NCBI GenBank assembly: GCA_963784375.1
Contig: CAWAQY010000021.1
Span: 51,093 to 115,092 of the forward strand
Origin: an uncultured Chloroflexia bacterium
GTDB lineage: Bacteria > Chloroflexota > Dehalococcoidia > GIF9 > UBA5629
Length of the DNA: 64,000 nucleotides
Direction of reading: 5' to 3'
Of this stretch, positions 33,483 through 44,684 are shown piece after piece. A program made the translations under genes and the position numbers. Under the pieces are notes generated by a model, which did no database searches, was not told where the DNA came from, and saw only the letters and a list, made by a program, of their open reading frames with translations. Within the stretch, counting starts at the first letter, position 1. The number at the start of each line of letters is the position of its first letter.

Positions 33483-34661
33483 TTAATAATCCTTTATTAC
33501 GATTCCCCTCTGGGGCACAATCTCGAAAAAGTGATCTTTTAAGTCGGAATAGGTACTGCGCATTTTTCTGATCGAAAGCATTCGAGCACGATGACAGCCG
33601 AAACTACTTATGCTTAAAACAATAACGCCCTCAGCAACAAATTCTTCGACACCGTAGCGGGATAGCGAAGTAGATCCAGAAAGTATGCCCGAAGTGATTA
33701 CTACTGTGCATTCAAGACTATCCTCAATAGAAGATACCAGGTTTTTGGTATAACCCTGTATATACGGTAGATTTTCCTGCCCGAAGACCAGAGGGGCAAT
33801 AGTGTCAATTACGATACGTTTGGCACCAATTTCTTTGACATGTTTCTGTAGATCGTTTATCACGGTAAGGACGTCGACTTCTGCTGTTTTGCCGCTGCGC
33901 ATCCCGTAAAAGTAAGGAGATATATCCACCAATCCCAACTTCCGCTGCTCTACATATTTTCTAAAATTCCAGCCTAAAGATTCAGCATCAACTATGAGAT
34001 GCCCGGGTTTCTCGTCTCCGGAAATATAAATGCCGTTTTCGCCTTCTATAAGTCCCTGGTGAAGATACTGCAATCCGAAAATAGTCTTGCCGGTGCCAGA
34101 TTCACCGCTCACTAAATAGACCTTGCCGGCCAGGAATCCTCCGCCAATGAGCGGATCAAGCCCGGCTACACCGGTCGATACTCTTACCGGTATCTTTATA
34201 TGTAATGCTTCTTCTTCAGGACGCGCCTTTGGTTTTTCTACAGGCTTTACCTCTTCCCTTAGTGCTGTAATAATCGCTTCCAGAGGTTTTATTTCGTCTT
34301 TCACTCCGGTTTGTGCGGCCGGTTCCGGTTCCTTTGTCTCAACTTTCTCAGATATAGTTATCTTAGTCTCATCAGTGACAATCGCCTCTTCTTTTATTTC
34401 CGACTTGGGTTCTGCTTTCACCTCTTCCTTCTTCCCTTCCTCTTGTTTTGTTTCTCCGGAGGCCTCTTCTTTTGCCCCAAGTACAGGGGAAACTACATCT
34501 CGCCCTAGACCGGTGCCGCATTGAGTGCAATAAGTGAACTGGTGAGGATTGCTGGCCTTACATTTGGGGCAGTCTTTGGCCAGCCTTAAACCGCATTGTC
34601 GGCAAAATTCAGCATCATAAAGATTATCTGCAAGGCACCGTGGACATTTAATAGTAATCAT
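33483..34661 (-). CDS. Double zinc-ribbon fused to a single KaiC/RAD55-like ATPase domain
   Basis: CPRC, CRQC, CPKC, CTQC; E/K-rich linker; RVSTGVAGLD, GESGTGKT, RIVIDTI, IRKMR. Confidence 0.87.
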   Translation of the reverse strand: MITIKCPRCLADNLYDAEFCRQCGLRLAKDCPKCKASNPHQFTYCTQCGTGLGRDVVSPVLGAKEEASGETKQEEGKKEEVKAEPKSEIKEEAIVTDETKITISEKVETKEPEPAAQTGVKDEIKPLEAIITALREEVKPVEKPKARPEEEALHIKIPVRVSTGVAGLDPLIGGGFLAGKVYLVSGESGTGKTIFGLQYLHQGLIEGENGIYISGDEKPGHLIVDAESLGWNFRKYVEQRKLGLVDISPYFYGMRSGKTAEVDVLTVINDLQKHVKEIGAKRIVIDTIAPLVFGQENLPYIQGYTKNLVSSIEDSLECTVVITSGILSGSTSLSRYGVEEFVAEGVIVLSISSFGCHRARMLSIRKMRSTYSDLKDHFFEIVPQRGIVIKDY

Positions 34662-34914
34662 TACTACGCCTCCAGTTTCTTATAACAGGGTTTGTCTTTT
34701 CATTTGCAGCCCACCCCATCGCATCGACGCTACGAAAGCTACTTTGGTAGTAGAAAAATTTCCTACATTAGATTGGGATTTAATCATTGTGAATATTAAC
34801 CATATCATAAGTCATTGACTATGCGTAGTCAATAGGTTTGTACTTGTCTTTACCTTTGTCAGAAGCTATAATTGATTCCACTTTTTAAGGAAAAGTGAAG
34901 GGAGGAGGAGATTT

Positions 34915-35832
34915 ATGCCTCCATATGCGTATTTCAATAAAAAATTCATGCCTCTTGAAGAAGCTAAAATTGGGGTTCTGACCCATGCCTTGCACTATGG
35001 CACTGCTTGCTTTGAAGGGATCAGGGGTAACTGGAATGCCGAAGAGAGCCAGATTCTTATATTTCGCGCTAAGGAACATTTCGAGCGCCTTCATCAGAGT
35101 TGCCGGATTATACGGGTGAAACCCCAGTATTCAGTCAAAGAAATGTGCGATTTGACTGTAAAGCTGGTCGCAAAAAGCGGTTACAAAGAAGATGTTTATA
35201 TACGCCCTCTGGCATATAAGAGCGCTGAAAGGGTTGGCGTTCGAGTTCACGATATTGAAGATGATTTTCTGTTGGTAGTAGTTACTCTGCCCGCATATCT
35301 TGACGCAGAGAAAGGTGTGCGTTGCTGCGTTTCTTCGTGGAGACGTGTTGACGATAATATGATCCCGGCACGAGGAAAAATTACCGGCATTTACGTGAAC
35401 AGTGCGCTGGCCAAGAGCGAAGCTCTGGAAAGAGGTTTTGACGAGGCTATATTGCTCACTCAAGACGGTCATATTTCGGAGGGGAGTGGTGAGAATGTAT
35501 TTATGGTAATAAATAACAAGTTAATAACACCCCCTACCACTGATAATATACTACTGGGTATCACCCGCGATACGGTAATGCGCATTGCTCAAAGTGAGCT
35601 CGGTATAGAAACTATAGAAAGATCAGTCGACCGCAGCGAATTATATACATGCGATGAAGCATTTTTTACCGGTACTGCTGCACATGTGACCCCTATTATT
35701 GAAATCGATGAACGGCCGGTAGGAAACGGCAACATTGGCAAGATTACGAGTAAATTGCAGCAACTTTATTTTCAGATAATACAGGGCAAGAACCTTAAAT
35801 ACCGCGAGTGGTGTATTCCTGTCCGTTCTTAA
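34915..35832 (+). CDS. ilvE: Branched-chain amino acid aminotransferase
   Basis: LHYGTACFEGIR, YIRP, EGSGEN, LGITRD, FTGTAA. Confidence 0.95.
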   Translation: MPPYAYFNKKFMPLEEAKIGVLTHALHYGTACFEGIRGNWNAEESQILIFRAKEHFERLHQSCRIIRVKPQYSVKEMCDLTVKLVAKSGYKEDVYIRPLAYKSAERVGVRVHDIEDDFLLVVVTLPAYLDAEKGVRCCVSSWRRVDDNMIPARGKITGIYVNSALAKSEALERGFDEAILLTQDGHISEGSGENVFMVINNKLITPPTTDNILLGITRDTVMRIAQSELGIETIERSVDRSELYTCDEAFFTGTAAHVTPIIEIDERPVGNGNIGKITSKLQQLYFQIIQGKNLKYREWCIPVRS

Positions 35833-35838
35833 GCTAAA

Positions 35839-35869
35839 AAACCCACGACGATATCATCGTCGTGGGTTT
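35839..35869. terminator. Bidirectional terminator between convergent ilvE and rpsT
   Basis: aaacccacgacgat-atc-atcgtcgtgggttt. Confidence 0.88.
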
Positions 35870-35916
35870 AATACTTTTAGACTCTGCCTGTCAATATCGA
35901 GAGTATGCCAGCGTAG

Positions 35917-36252
35917 TTATTTCTCTGATTTGGCCCGTTTTTTCTTGCTTTTTGCCGCAGGCTTGGGTGCTTCTTTTTCAGCAGTCATCACTATGCCAGC
36001 TTTATTTAGTTTTTTGGCCAATCTTGATTTTTTCCTGCTGGCGGTGTTGGGATGAATGACCCGCTTTTTGGCAGCCTTATCAAGATGACTCGAGGCTTCT
36101 TTGACTGCTATTGCAGCCCCTGCCTTTTTATCTTGAATAAGATTCTCAGCCTTGGCTACGAAGGTCTTGGTAGCGCTTTTCATAGACCGATTCCGCGCCT
36201 GTTTCCTTTTACTGGACCTCGCCGCTTTCTGTCCTGATTTACTTCTGAGCAA
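35917..36252 (-). CDS. rpsT: 30S ribosomal protein S20 with Lys/Ala-rich C-terminal extension
   Basis: RNRSMKS..LDKAAKKRVIHPNTASRKKSRL. Confidence 0.93.
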   Translation of the reverse strand: MLRSKSGQKAARSSKRKQARNRSMKSATKTFVAKAENLIQDKKAGAAIAVKEASSHLDKAAKKRVIHPNTASRKKSRLAKKLNKAGIVMTAEKEAPKPAAKSKKKRAKSEK

Positions 36253-36265
36253 AATAGTCTCCTTT

Positions 36266-38433
36266 CTACGTATTGATACCAGCCTTTGTAGGGCTGCTCC
36301 TTATTGCACTGATAACTCCGCGCACACTGCGAACCCTTGATAGCAAGTGAGTTAATTGTGTCATACCACTGATATCCAGCATGAAAAACATGGAACTGGC
36401 GTCTCCGTGTTCCACTATTTTTAGATTGGATATATTTACATTCTCTTCGGCAATGACTGCGCTTATATCTCTGAGCACCCCCACCCTGTTCCAGGCATCG
36501 ATTTCGATATTTACCGGATAGACTTCATGAACTTGCCCCCACTTCACCCCGATTAGTCTTTCTTTTTCTTTTAAATTAGTAATATTGGGACAATCCCTGC
36601 GATGTACCGTAATCCCCTGGCTGCGCGTAATGAAACCAATTATATCATCGCCTGGCAAAGGATTACAGCAAGCACCCAGCCGGGTAAGCAAATCGCCAAC
36701 TCCGAGCACCTGTATCCCAAGGATGTTTGGCCGTTCAGCAGGGAATTTTGGATACAAACGCTGTCAGATCCGGTTCCGGCTCCGGTTCTCGGCCCAGTTT
36801 GATATCCAACTGGTGAGAAGTGATTACTCCGCTTCCTATTGAAGCCAGAAAATCGTCGTAACTGTCACAATTAAACATGCGAGCGAGTTCTTCTACATTG
36901 GGAAGGCTGATGCCTAACCGTCTTACTTCTCTCTCCAGAAGCTGTCTCCCGCGTTCGATATTCAGGGTTCGTTCCTGTTTCTTAAACCATTGCTTGATTT
37001 TTCCTTTGGCATGGGAAGTCTTAATGTAGCCCATATCCGGGTTAAGCCAGTCAAGGCTTGGCCCCCTGTCGGTTTTGGTGACCATTATCTCTACGATGTC
37101 ACCATTTTTGAGTTCATGATTTAACGGAACCAATTTGCCATTTACTTTGGTCCCAATACACCGGTGTCCTACCGACGTATGAATTCGGTAAGCGAAATCG
37201 AGCGGCGTAGCACCTCTGGGCAATGCTTTAATCTCCCCTTTTGGTGTATAAGCAAAGACCTGGTCTATGAAAGACGTCTGTCTTTAACGATTCCAGGAAC
37301 TGCTCGCTATCCAGTTCGTCCTGCCCTTCAATTAGTTGCCGTAACCAGGAAATTTTATCCTCGAATTGAGCATCAGGTTTGCCGGCTTCTTTGTAGCGCC
37401 AGTGGGCGGCAATGCCGTAATCGGCAATTCGATGCATCTCGTAGGTTCGTATTTGTATTTCCAGGGGGGTGGTGCCCTTGCTCAAAACGGTAGTATGCAA
37501 TGACTGATACCCGTTAGTTTTTGGATTGGCAATGAAGTCAGAAAATTCTTCTTGCAAAGGATGCCAGAGGTTATGAATAACACCAAGCGCTTTATAACAA
37601 TCAGGAACCGTATCTACGAGAACCCTGAGTGCGAAAAGATCATGAATATCGCCAAAATCTTTTCCCTGGGCTGCGTATTTATTTATCTTGTTGTAGATGC
37701 TATAAATGTGTTTCGGTCTTCCTATTACCTTTGCCTTCACGTTGGCTTTTTGCAACTCCAGTTCAAGAGTCTTCGTTGCTTCAGCGATAAAATCCTCACG
37801 TTCGTTACGACGCGCAGATACCAGGCGGGCGATTTCATGATACTTGTCGGGTTCGAGGTAACGAAAAGCCAGATCTTCAAGTTGCCATTTTATTTCCCAG
37901 ATCCCGAGCCGGTGGGCTAGAGGAGCATAGATCTCCTGGGTTTCGCGAGCAATAGTGCGTCTTTTCTCTGGTGACAAAGGCGCCAGTGTGCGCATATTGT
38001 GCAAACGGTCAGCAAGCTTGATAAAAACTACCCGTAAATCCTCCGCCATCGCAATCAGCATCTTACGCAGATTCTCGGCCTGGGATTCATCTTTCTCTGT
38101 TGTAGTGGTTGGTAGTTTCAGTTTTCTTAATTTAGTGGTACCTTCAACTAATTTGCGTACTTCAGGACCAAACTTAGCTTCGATTTCAGATGGAGGTATG
38201 TTGCAATCTTCGGTAACGTCATGGAGTAAGGCAGCTGCCAGCGTATATGCATCAAGTTGAAGGTCAGCCAAAATCAAAGCTGTCTCAAATGGGTGTTCGA
38301 GGAAAGGGTTACCTGATAACCGGGTTTGCCCTTCATGCGCCTTTGAGGCAAATTGATAAGCTTCCTCGATCAGAGACAATTTCTCTTCAGGTAGATATTG
38401 CCTGGCTTTTTCTATAAGTGGAGTTACATTCAT
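36266..38433 (-). CDS. rel: Bifunctional (p)ppGpp synthetase/hydrolase (HD, SYNTH, TGS, ACT); indels
   Basis: LLHDVTED, KLADRLHNMRTL, GRPKHIYSI, NGYQSLHT, EIQIRT, TPLDFAY.IH, ACCNPLPGD. Confidence 0.96.
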
Positions 38434-38610
38434 TTGACTACTCTGTAAACGTTATAATAAGCAAATTTGGCATTTGATGCAAATGCTCACGCACTGGCTT
38501 TTGTTAACAACGACTTTTTTGTATTTGGCGTATAATATCAATCACGAAAAGTAAAAATCTGCAAATCCTTGCGATAGGGAAAACAACATTCGTTATATGG
38601 TTTACTAACG

Positions 38611-39342
38611 ATGGCCACTGTAAAGGAATTTCAAAGATACCAAAGGCAACTGTTAATTGAAGATTTTGGCGTAGAGGGCCAGAGACGTTTAAACAAAGCC
38701 AGGGTCATTATTGCAGGGGCTGGCGGACTCGGAGGCGTAGTAGCCACCTACCTTACTGTCGCAGGGGTGGGGAAAATAAGATTGATTGATCATGACCTTG
38801 TAGAAACTACCAACTTAAACAGACAAATCTTATATGGGGATAAAGATATAGGCAAAAAGAAAGTAGATGTAGCCAGCTCGAAGCTCAAATCTTTAAACAA
38901 AGAAGTTGAGATAGAAGGTGTGTGCCAGAAGATAACGAAGGAAAATGTCTTTAATCTGGTTAATGACTTCGATTTGATTGTCGATGCCATGGATAACTTT
39001 CCAACAAGATTTATTCTTAATGAGGTTGTAATTCAGAAAAAGATTCCCTTATTTCATGGGGCAGTCCGGGGCTTTGAAGGGAGAGCAACTACCATCGTGC
39101 CGGGTAAAACAGTGTGTTTAAAATGCCTTTATTCCCGGGTTCCCGAGCCCAGTGTGTCTCCTGTCATCGGCGTTGCTCCCGCAGTGATAGGAAGCCTTCA
39201 GGCGACGGAGGTTATTAAATATCTTACCGGAATAGGAGAATTGCTCACTAACAGGTTATTGATCTACGATGGATTGGGCATGGAGTTCACGGAGATAAAA
39301 TTGAAAAGGCGTGCAGACTGTGAAATTTGTCACCTCATTTAG
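38611..39342 (+). CDS. ThiF/MoeB/HesA family adenylyltransferase
   Basis: RYQRQ, GAGGLG, TNLNRQ, CLKC..CEIC. Confidence 0.92.
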   Translation: MATVKEFQRYQRQLLIEDFGVEGQRRLNKARVIIAGAGGLGGVVATYLTVAGVGKIRLIDHDLVETTNLNRQILYGDKDIGKKKVDVASSKLKSLNKEVEIEGVCQKITKENVFNLVNDFDLIVDAMDNFPTRFILNEVVIQKKIPLFHGAVRGFEGRATTIVPGKTVCLKCLYSRVPEPSVSPVIGVAPAVIGSLQATEVIKYLTGIGELLTNRLLIYDGLGMEFTEIKLKRRADCEICHLI

Positions 39343-39547
39343 AGATTGCCCCACCTGTGTAATAGTACCTGATACCCTGGGTTGCCTGCACTTGACGGTG
39401 GTTTAGATTACCGGATTAAATAATTTTACTCACGGTATGAGTTAGTATAGAATTTTGTACAATAGAGGCGTTTACTGTGAAATGAATTGGTATTATTGTT
39501 GTCGAAGGTGGATATCTTTAATAGATTGAGAGTAAAAGGAAAATTAT

Positions 39548-39991
39548 ATGGCGGAAATAGTTGCTGTTTGTATTAGCGAAAAGAAAGGGACAACCAAAAA
39601 TAATATTGGCAAAGGATTCTTTCAAGAGAATCTGGGCCTGGTTGATGATGCTCACGCTGATTGCCAGACTCATAGACAGGTAAGTTTATTGGATATGAGC
39701 AGCATCGAGAAGATGAGAAAACTGGGTTTGAACGTAAATCCAGGCGACTTTGCTGAAAATCTCACTACTGAAGGCATTAGCCTGGTTTCGCTGCCGGTAG
39801 GTACTCGTCTCAACGTGGGAGACGAAGTGCTTCTTGAAATAACGCAGATAGGAAAAGAATGCCATGCCGGTTGTGCTATTTTTCAGCAGATCGGAAAGTG
39901 TATTATGCCTAAAGAAGGTGTATTTGCTAAGGTGATTCGAAGTGGAAACATTAAAACCGGTGATGTGATTCAAAGAGAAAAACAGGAGTGA
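39548..39991 (+). CDS. MOSC domain protein
   Basis: DAHA..HRQVSLL, PGDFAENL, TQIGKECH..C..CIMPKEG. Confidence 0.9.
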   Translation: MAEIVAVCISEKKGTTKNNIGKGFFQENLGLVDDAHADCQTHRQVSLLDMSSIEKMRKLGLNVNPGDFAENLTTEGISLVSLPVGTRLNVGDEVLLEITQIGKECHAGCAIFQQIGKCIMPKEGVFAKVIRSGNIKTGDVIQREKQE

Positions 39992-40016
39992 AGACTTCCA
40001 AAATCTGAGATGTAAA

Positions 40017-40343
40017 ATGCCGGAAAATGCCCAGTTCATAGTTATTTTTGTGACGGTTAGTAATAGTGCGGAAGCGGAAAATATCACCAAACATCTGCTT
40101 AAACACAAAAAAGCTGCCTGTGTTAACGTAGTGCCCACTATAAATTCGAGCTTCTGGTGGAAAGGGAAAATTGATTCAGAGCAGGAAAGTCTGCTGATCA
40201 TCAAGACGGTTGCATCTGCACTTCAGGAGGTAATCACACTGGTAAAAGAAGTTCACAGTTATGAAGTTCCAGAGATAATTGCCCTCCCCATTATTGGCGG
40301 GAACGATGATTACCTCAGATGGATAAGTGATGAAGTTAAATAA
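40017..40343 (+). CDS. cutA: Divalent-cation tolerance protein CutA
   Basis: AACVN, SFWWKG, E.LLIIKT, HSYEVPEII. Confidence 0.93.
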   Translation: MPENAQFIVIFVTVSNSAEAENITKHLLKHKKAACVNVVPTINSSFWWKGKIDSEQESLLIIKTVASALQEVITLVKEVHSYEVPEIIALPIIGGNDDYLRWISDEVK

Positions 40344-40384
40344 CGGCAAGCTGCAGCCAAAACATTACATGGGTAGGGAATTTT

Positions 40385-41647
40385 ATGTCGTTTAAAGCAC
40401 CGCGCGGTACTGCTGATATTTTGCCCGAGGAACAGCGATATTGGAGATATATTGAGGGTAAAGCTGCCGAAATTTGCAGGTTATACGGATATGAACGCAT
40501 CGATACGCCGGTATTTGAAGACGCCGCGTTATTTACCCGCAGTATTGGTGAGGGTACTGATATTGTTACCAAAGAGATGTATGTTTTTCAGGATCAGAGC
40601 GGCAATAATTTATCGCTCCGGCCTGAGGGGACAGCTTCTGTCTGCCGCGCTTACCTGGAACATGGCATGGATAACAAAACGCAGCCGGTTAAGTTATTCT
40701 ACTTTGCTACTATATTCAGATACGAACGACCACAGGCTGGCCGCTATCGACAGCATTACCAGTTTGGTTGTGAAGCGATCGGGGAGTCTTCCCCCGGTCT
40801 GGATGCTGAGGTAATTGACATGGCATGGCAATTCTTTTTGTCCCTTGGCCTCAAGCAGATTTCTCTGCAACTGAATAGCATAGGGTGCAGTCTTTGCCGA
40901 CCGAAGTATCTGGAAGTGCTAAGGCAATATTATGCTACGAAGCTGGAAGGACTGTGCACTGAATGCCAGATAAGAATGGAGAAAAATACCCTGCGGTTGC
41001 TCGATTGCAAGAAAGATTTTTGCCAGGAAGTAGCTGATAACGCTCCTAAGAGCAGCGATTATCTTTGCCGGGATTGTGATGACCACTTCAAAGCAGTAAA
41101 AAGATATTTAACCATGTGGCAGATTCCATTCAAAATAAATAACCGGCTGGTCCGCGGCCTGGACTACTATAGCAAAACAGTTTTCGAGATACATCCGCCT
41201 GAAGAGGCGTCGCAGAGCGCTCTGGGTGGAGGCGGGCGTTACGATAGTCTTATTCAAGCAGTGGGCGGTAAACCTGTTCCGGCTATAGGGTTCGGTACGG
41301 GAATAGAGCGGATTGTATTGAATTTAAAAAAGCAGGAAATTAGTGTGCCCGATTTACCAAAGCCCCAGGTATTTATTGCCCATTTTGGAGAGGAGGCTGA
41401 GCTGGAAGCTGCTCGACTTGTGTTTGCTTTACGCCGGCAAGGTATCTCGGCCATATTAGCGACCGGTAATAGAAGCCTCAAAGCTCAGCTACGGCAAGCG
41501 AACGGCCTATCAATTGACTTGGTAGCGATTATTGGCGAAAATGAGTTGCGCAATAAGACAGTAACGCTGCGTAATATGGTAACCAGTGAGCAACGGGAAA
41601 TAGGAATAGATACGATAAAGACATTCCTTACACAAAAGCAAGGGTAG
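40385..41647 (+). CDS. hisS: Histidyl-tRNA synthetase
   Basis: [39 protein letters not shown]. Confidence 0.98.
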   Translation: MSFKAPRGTADILPEEQRYWRYIEGKAAEICRLYGYERIDTPVFEDAALFTRSIGEGTDIVTKEMYVFQDQSGNNLSLRPEGTASVCRAYLEHGMDNKTQPVKLFYFATIFRYERPQAGRYRQHYQFGCEAIGESSPGLDAEVIDMAWQFFLSLGLKQISLQLNSIGCSLCRPKYLEVLRQYYATKLEGLCTECQIRMEKNTLRLLDCKKDFCQEVADNAPKSSDYLCRDCDDHFKAVKRYLTMWQIPFKINNRLVRGLDYYSKTVFEIHPPEEASQSALGGGGRYDSLIQAVGGKPVPAIGFGTGIERIVLNLKKQEISVPDLPKPQVFIAHFGEEAELEAARLVFALRRQGISAILATGNRSLKAQLRQANGLSIDLVAIIGENELRNKTVTLRNMVTSEQREIGIDTIKTFLTQKQG

Positions 41648-41651
41648 AAGC

Positions 41652-42229
41652 ATGGATGTAATTGAAGCTATTAAAACGAGACGAAGTATTCGAAGTTTTA
41701 GACCGGACCCGGTAAGCGATAAAGATCTTACCATAATAATGGAAGCTGCCCGCTGGGCGCCATCATGGGCAAATACCCAATGCGCCCGATGGATTGTAGT
41801 TACCGACAAAACAGACTAAATCTCAATTGCAGGAGACTCTTTCCCCACATAATCCTTCAAGGGCCGCCATGACCGTGGTTCCCATAATCATTGTGGCGTG
41901 CGCCGAGTTAAAAAAATCAGGTTATACCCATAAGGGTGACCAGGTCGCCACGGATAAAGGTGACTGGTTCATGTTTGACGTCGCTCTCGACGATTCAAAA
42001 TTTAACCCTGGCAGCCCATGCCCTGGGATTGGGCACCGTACAAATCGGTTTGTTTGATGCGGTTAAAGCTGCCCGGATATTAAGCGTTCCAGAAGGCTTC
42101 GCAGTGGTGGAAATTATCCCGGTAGGATATCCTGCTGTTGAGGGGAAAGCACCTTCGCGGAAAGAGTTAACTGAGACATTATTTTATGAAAGCTGGGGCA
42201 ACACAAAACGACATATAGTAACTCAATAG
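41652..42229 (+). CDS. Nitroreductase family protein; indels
   Basis: [29 protein letters not shown]; [14 protein letters not shown]; IPVGYP. Confidence 0.9.
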
Positions 42230-42254
42230 GGAATTTACGGAGGAGTGAACTGCA

Positions 42255-43460
42255 TTGACAAAAACAATTGCTGAAATTAACGAGAAAATAAAAAAGGGTC
42301 AGGCTGTAGTCGTAACCGCCGAGGAAATTACAGAAATTGCCCGTAAGAAGGGATTAGCTAAGACTGCTCAGGAAGTTGACGTGGTGACTACGGGCACATT
42401 CGGACCTATGTGCAGTTCAGGTGCTTATTTAAATGTCGGGCATACTAAACCTCGTATCAAGCTTGGTGGCGGAAAAGTAACTCTCAACGATGTTCCAGTG
42501 TATACCGGATTGGCGGCGGTTGATGTTTTTCTGGGGGCAACTGCAATGCCGGACGATGATCCCCGGAACCGGATGTACCCGGGCGAATTTCGATATGGTG
42601 GTGGACATGTTATTGAAGAACTGGTGGCGGGGAAAGATATTAGATTGATAGCAACTGCTTATGGCACTGACTGTTATCCCCGGAAGAAACTCGAAACCCT
42701 GATCAATATTAAAGATGTTAATGAAGCAGTTCTGTTTAATATCAGAAATGCTTATCAGAATTATGGCGTTGCAGTGAACTTATCGGAACGTACTATTTAC
42801 ACTTACATGGGTGTGCTTAAACCTAAAATAGCGAATGCCAATTATTGCAGCGCCGGGCAACTTTCCCCGTTGCTGAATGATCCCTACTACAAAACTATTG
42901 GTGTCGGAACCAAGATATTTTTAGGTGGAGGTGTCGGGTTCGTCGCATGGCAGGGGACGCAACATAATCCCGGCGTCCCCCGTACAGATGGAGGCGTACC
43001 CAAAAGGCCAGGTGGCACGCTGGCGGTCATCGGTGATTTGAAACAGATGAAGCCAGGGTGGCTTATCGGAACCAGCTTCATGGGATACGGCACTACACTG
43101 ACTGTTGGAATAGGTGTACCAATTCCCATACTTTCGGAAGAAATACTTAAATATACTCTGGTCACTGATAACCAGATATTTGCGCCGATCATTGACTACT
43201 CGGAAAGCTATCCACAGAGGAAGCCTGATGTGCTGGGCGAAGTGAATTACGCTGAACTCAAGACAGGTAAGATTACAATTCAAGGAAAAGAAGTACCGAC
43301 GGCATCGCTGTCGAGCTATCCGAAAGCTCTTGAAATTGCGACTACGTTAAAGGAATGGATAACAAGTGGCAAATTTATGCTTACGGAGATGGTTGCTCCT
43401 TTACCTGGCGTTGAAGCAGGGGTAGTAATTAAACCACTTCAGGAGCGCGCAATCTCTTAA
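42255..43460 (+). CDS. Homocysteine biosynthesis enzyme (COG1900/DUF39, aspartate-semialdehyde sulfurtransferase)
   Basis: KTIAEINEKI..DVVTTGTFGPMCSSG, YGGGHVIE, RNAYQNY, SPLLNDP. Confidence 0.9.
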   Translation: MTKTIAEINEKIKKGQAVVVTAEEITEIARKKGLAKTAQEVDVVTTGTFGPMCSSGAYLNVGHTKPRIKLGGGKVTLNDVPVYTGLAAVDVFLGATAMPDDDPRNRMYPGEFRYGGGHVIEELVAGKDIRLIATAYGTDCYPRKKLETLINIKDVNEAVLFNIRNAYQNYGVAVNLSERTIYTYMGVLKPKIANANYCSAGQLSPLLNDPYYKTIGVGTKIFLGGGVGFVAWQGTQHNPGVPRTDGGVPKRPGGTLAVIGDLKQMKPGWLIGTSFMGYGTTLTVGIGVPIPILSEEILKYTLVTDNQIFAPIIDYSESYPQRKPDVLGEVNYAELKTGKITIQGKEVPTASLSSYPKALEIATTLKEWITSGKFMLTEMVAPLPGVEAGVVIKPLQERAIS

Positions 43461-43475
43461 CAAAGGAGAAAAAAG

Positions 43476-43886
43476 ATGGCCCTTTCAAGAAAATTAGTAT
43501 TACACTTTCCTCCAAGACTGATTGAGAAACCTATTGTCAGCCGCCTGGTCAAAGATTTCAATCTGGACTTCAACATCCTTAAAGCTTCGGTTTCTCCCGG
43601 CGAAGAAGGGCTTCTGGTTATGGAATTAATTGGTGAAAGGGCTGACTATGACAAAGGTGTAAAATATCTTGTAGATACGGGAGTGAAGATACAATCGCTG
43701 GGGCAGGACGTTATCCGTAATGAAAACCGCTGTACCCATTGCGGTGCTTGTGTCACTTTATGCCCAACCGGAGCTTTCAGCCTTGAGAAAGGCACCAGGA
43801 TGATAAAATTTGATCATTCAAAATGCGTGGTATGCGAACTTTGCATCAAAGCTTGCCCCCCCCGGGCCATGGATTTGAGATTCTAA
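43476..43886 (+). CDS. NIL-domain ferredoxin, partner of the DUF39 enzyme
   Basis: DFNILKA NIL motif; CTHCGACVTLCP; CVVCELCIKACP. Confidence 0.92.
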   Translation: MALSRKLVLHFPPRLIEKPIVSRLVKDFNLDFNILKASVSPGEEGLLVMELIGERADYDKGVKYLVDTGVKIQSLGQDVIRNENRCTHCGACVTLCPTGAFSLEKGTRMIKFDHSKCVVCELCIKACPPRAMDLRF

Positions 43887-43935
43887 CCTTTGGGTTTGTG
43901 ATCAGCCTGTTGAACAATTCACCCTGGAAAGGCAT

Positions 43936-44664
43936 TTGATGTATGAACCCAGGACGTACCGGCAGTGGATTAAAGATAAAGATCTGATTTCTTTCACAGC
44001 TATTGTCAGAGAAACAGACCTGCATATCCGTGCCCGGCGAAACCTAAAGTCGTTAGCTCTTCAAGCTATCAAGAAAAATCGCAGGCCGATTGAAGATTAT
44101 ATAAAAAGCCATCCCCTGTTCCTCCATAGCCTGGAGCCATTCCCTGTAGAAGATACCGCCCCGGATATTGTAAAAGAAATGGCTAATGCAACGAAGGCAG
44201 TCGGCGTAGGGCCCATGGCCGCAGTCGCAGGAGCATTAGCCCAGGCGGTGGGTGAAGAATTATTGAAATATTCACCGGAAGTAATTGTTGAAAACGGCGG
44301 CGATATTTTCCTGAAAAGTGTCAAACAAAGGCTTGTCGGCATTTATGCTGGAAAATCTCCGTTTACGGGCAAAATTGCACTGCAAATCGAGTCCGAAGAT
44401 ACTCCGATCGGAATTTGTACTTCCTCAGGGACAGTTGGACCTTCACTAAGCCTTGGAGCAGCCGATGCCGTAATTACCCTGGCTACTTCAGCCGCGCTGG
44501 CAGATGCAGCCGCGACCGCCGTGGGAAATCATATTGTGAGCTCTGAAGATATCGATAGAGAGATAGAGCAAGCCGGCACAAAATACGGCCTGATCGGCCT
44601 GGTCATAATAAAGGATGAAAGGATAGGGTTGTGGGGAAAAGTGAAACTGGTTTCTCAGTCTTAA
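43936..44664 (+). CDS. UPF0280 ApbE-like protein (COG2122)
   Basis: VGPMAAVAGA, VENGGDI, ICTSSGTVGPSLSLG.ADA, ADAAATA. Confidence 0.9.
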   Translation: MMYEPRTYRQWIKDKDLISFTAIVRETDLHIRARRNLKSLALQAIKKNRRPIEDYIKSHPLFLHSLEPFPVEDTAPDIVKEMANATKAVGVGPMAAVAGALAQAVGEELLKYSPEVIVENGGDIFLKSVKQRLVGIYAGKSPFTGKIALQIESEDTPIGICTSSGTVGPSLSLGAADAVITLATSAALADAAATAVGNHIVSSEDIDREIEQAGTKYGLIGLVIIKDERIGLWGKVKLVSQS

Positions 44665-44684
44665 CTGAGGGCAAATTATCGCTT

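Noticed and set aside
39343-39547. Moco riboswitch upstream of the MOSC gene
   Set aside because: I could not recognise the conserved stems by eye; an Rfam/Infernal scan would be needed.
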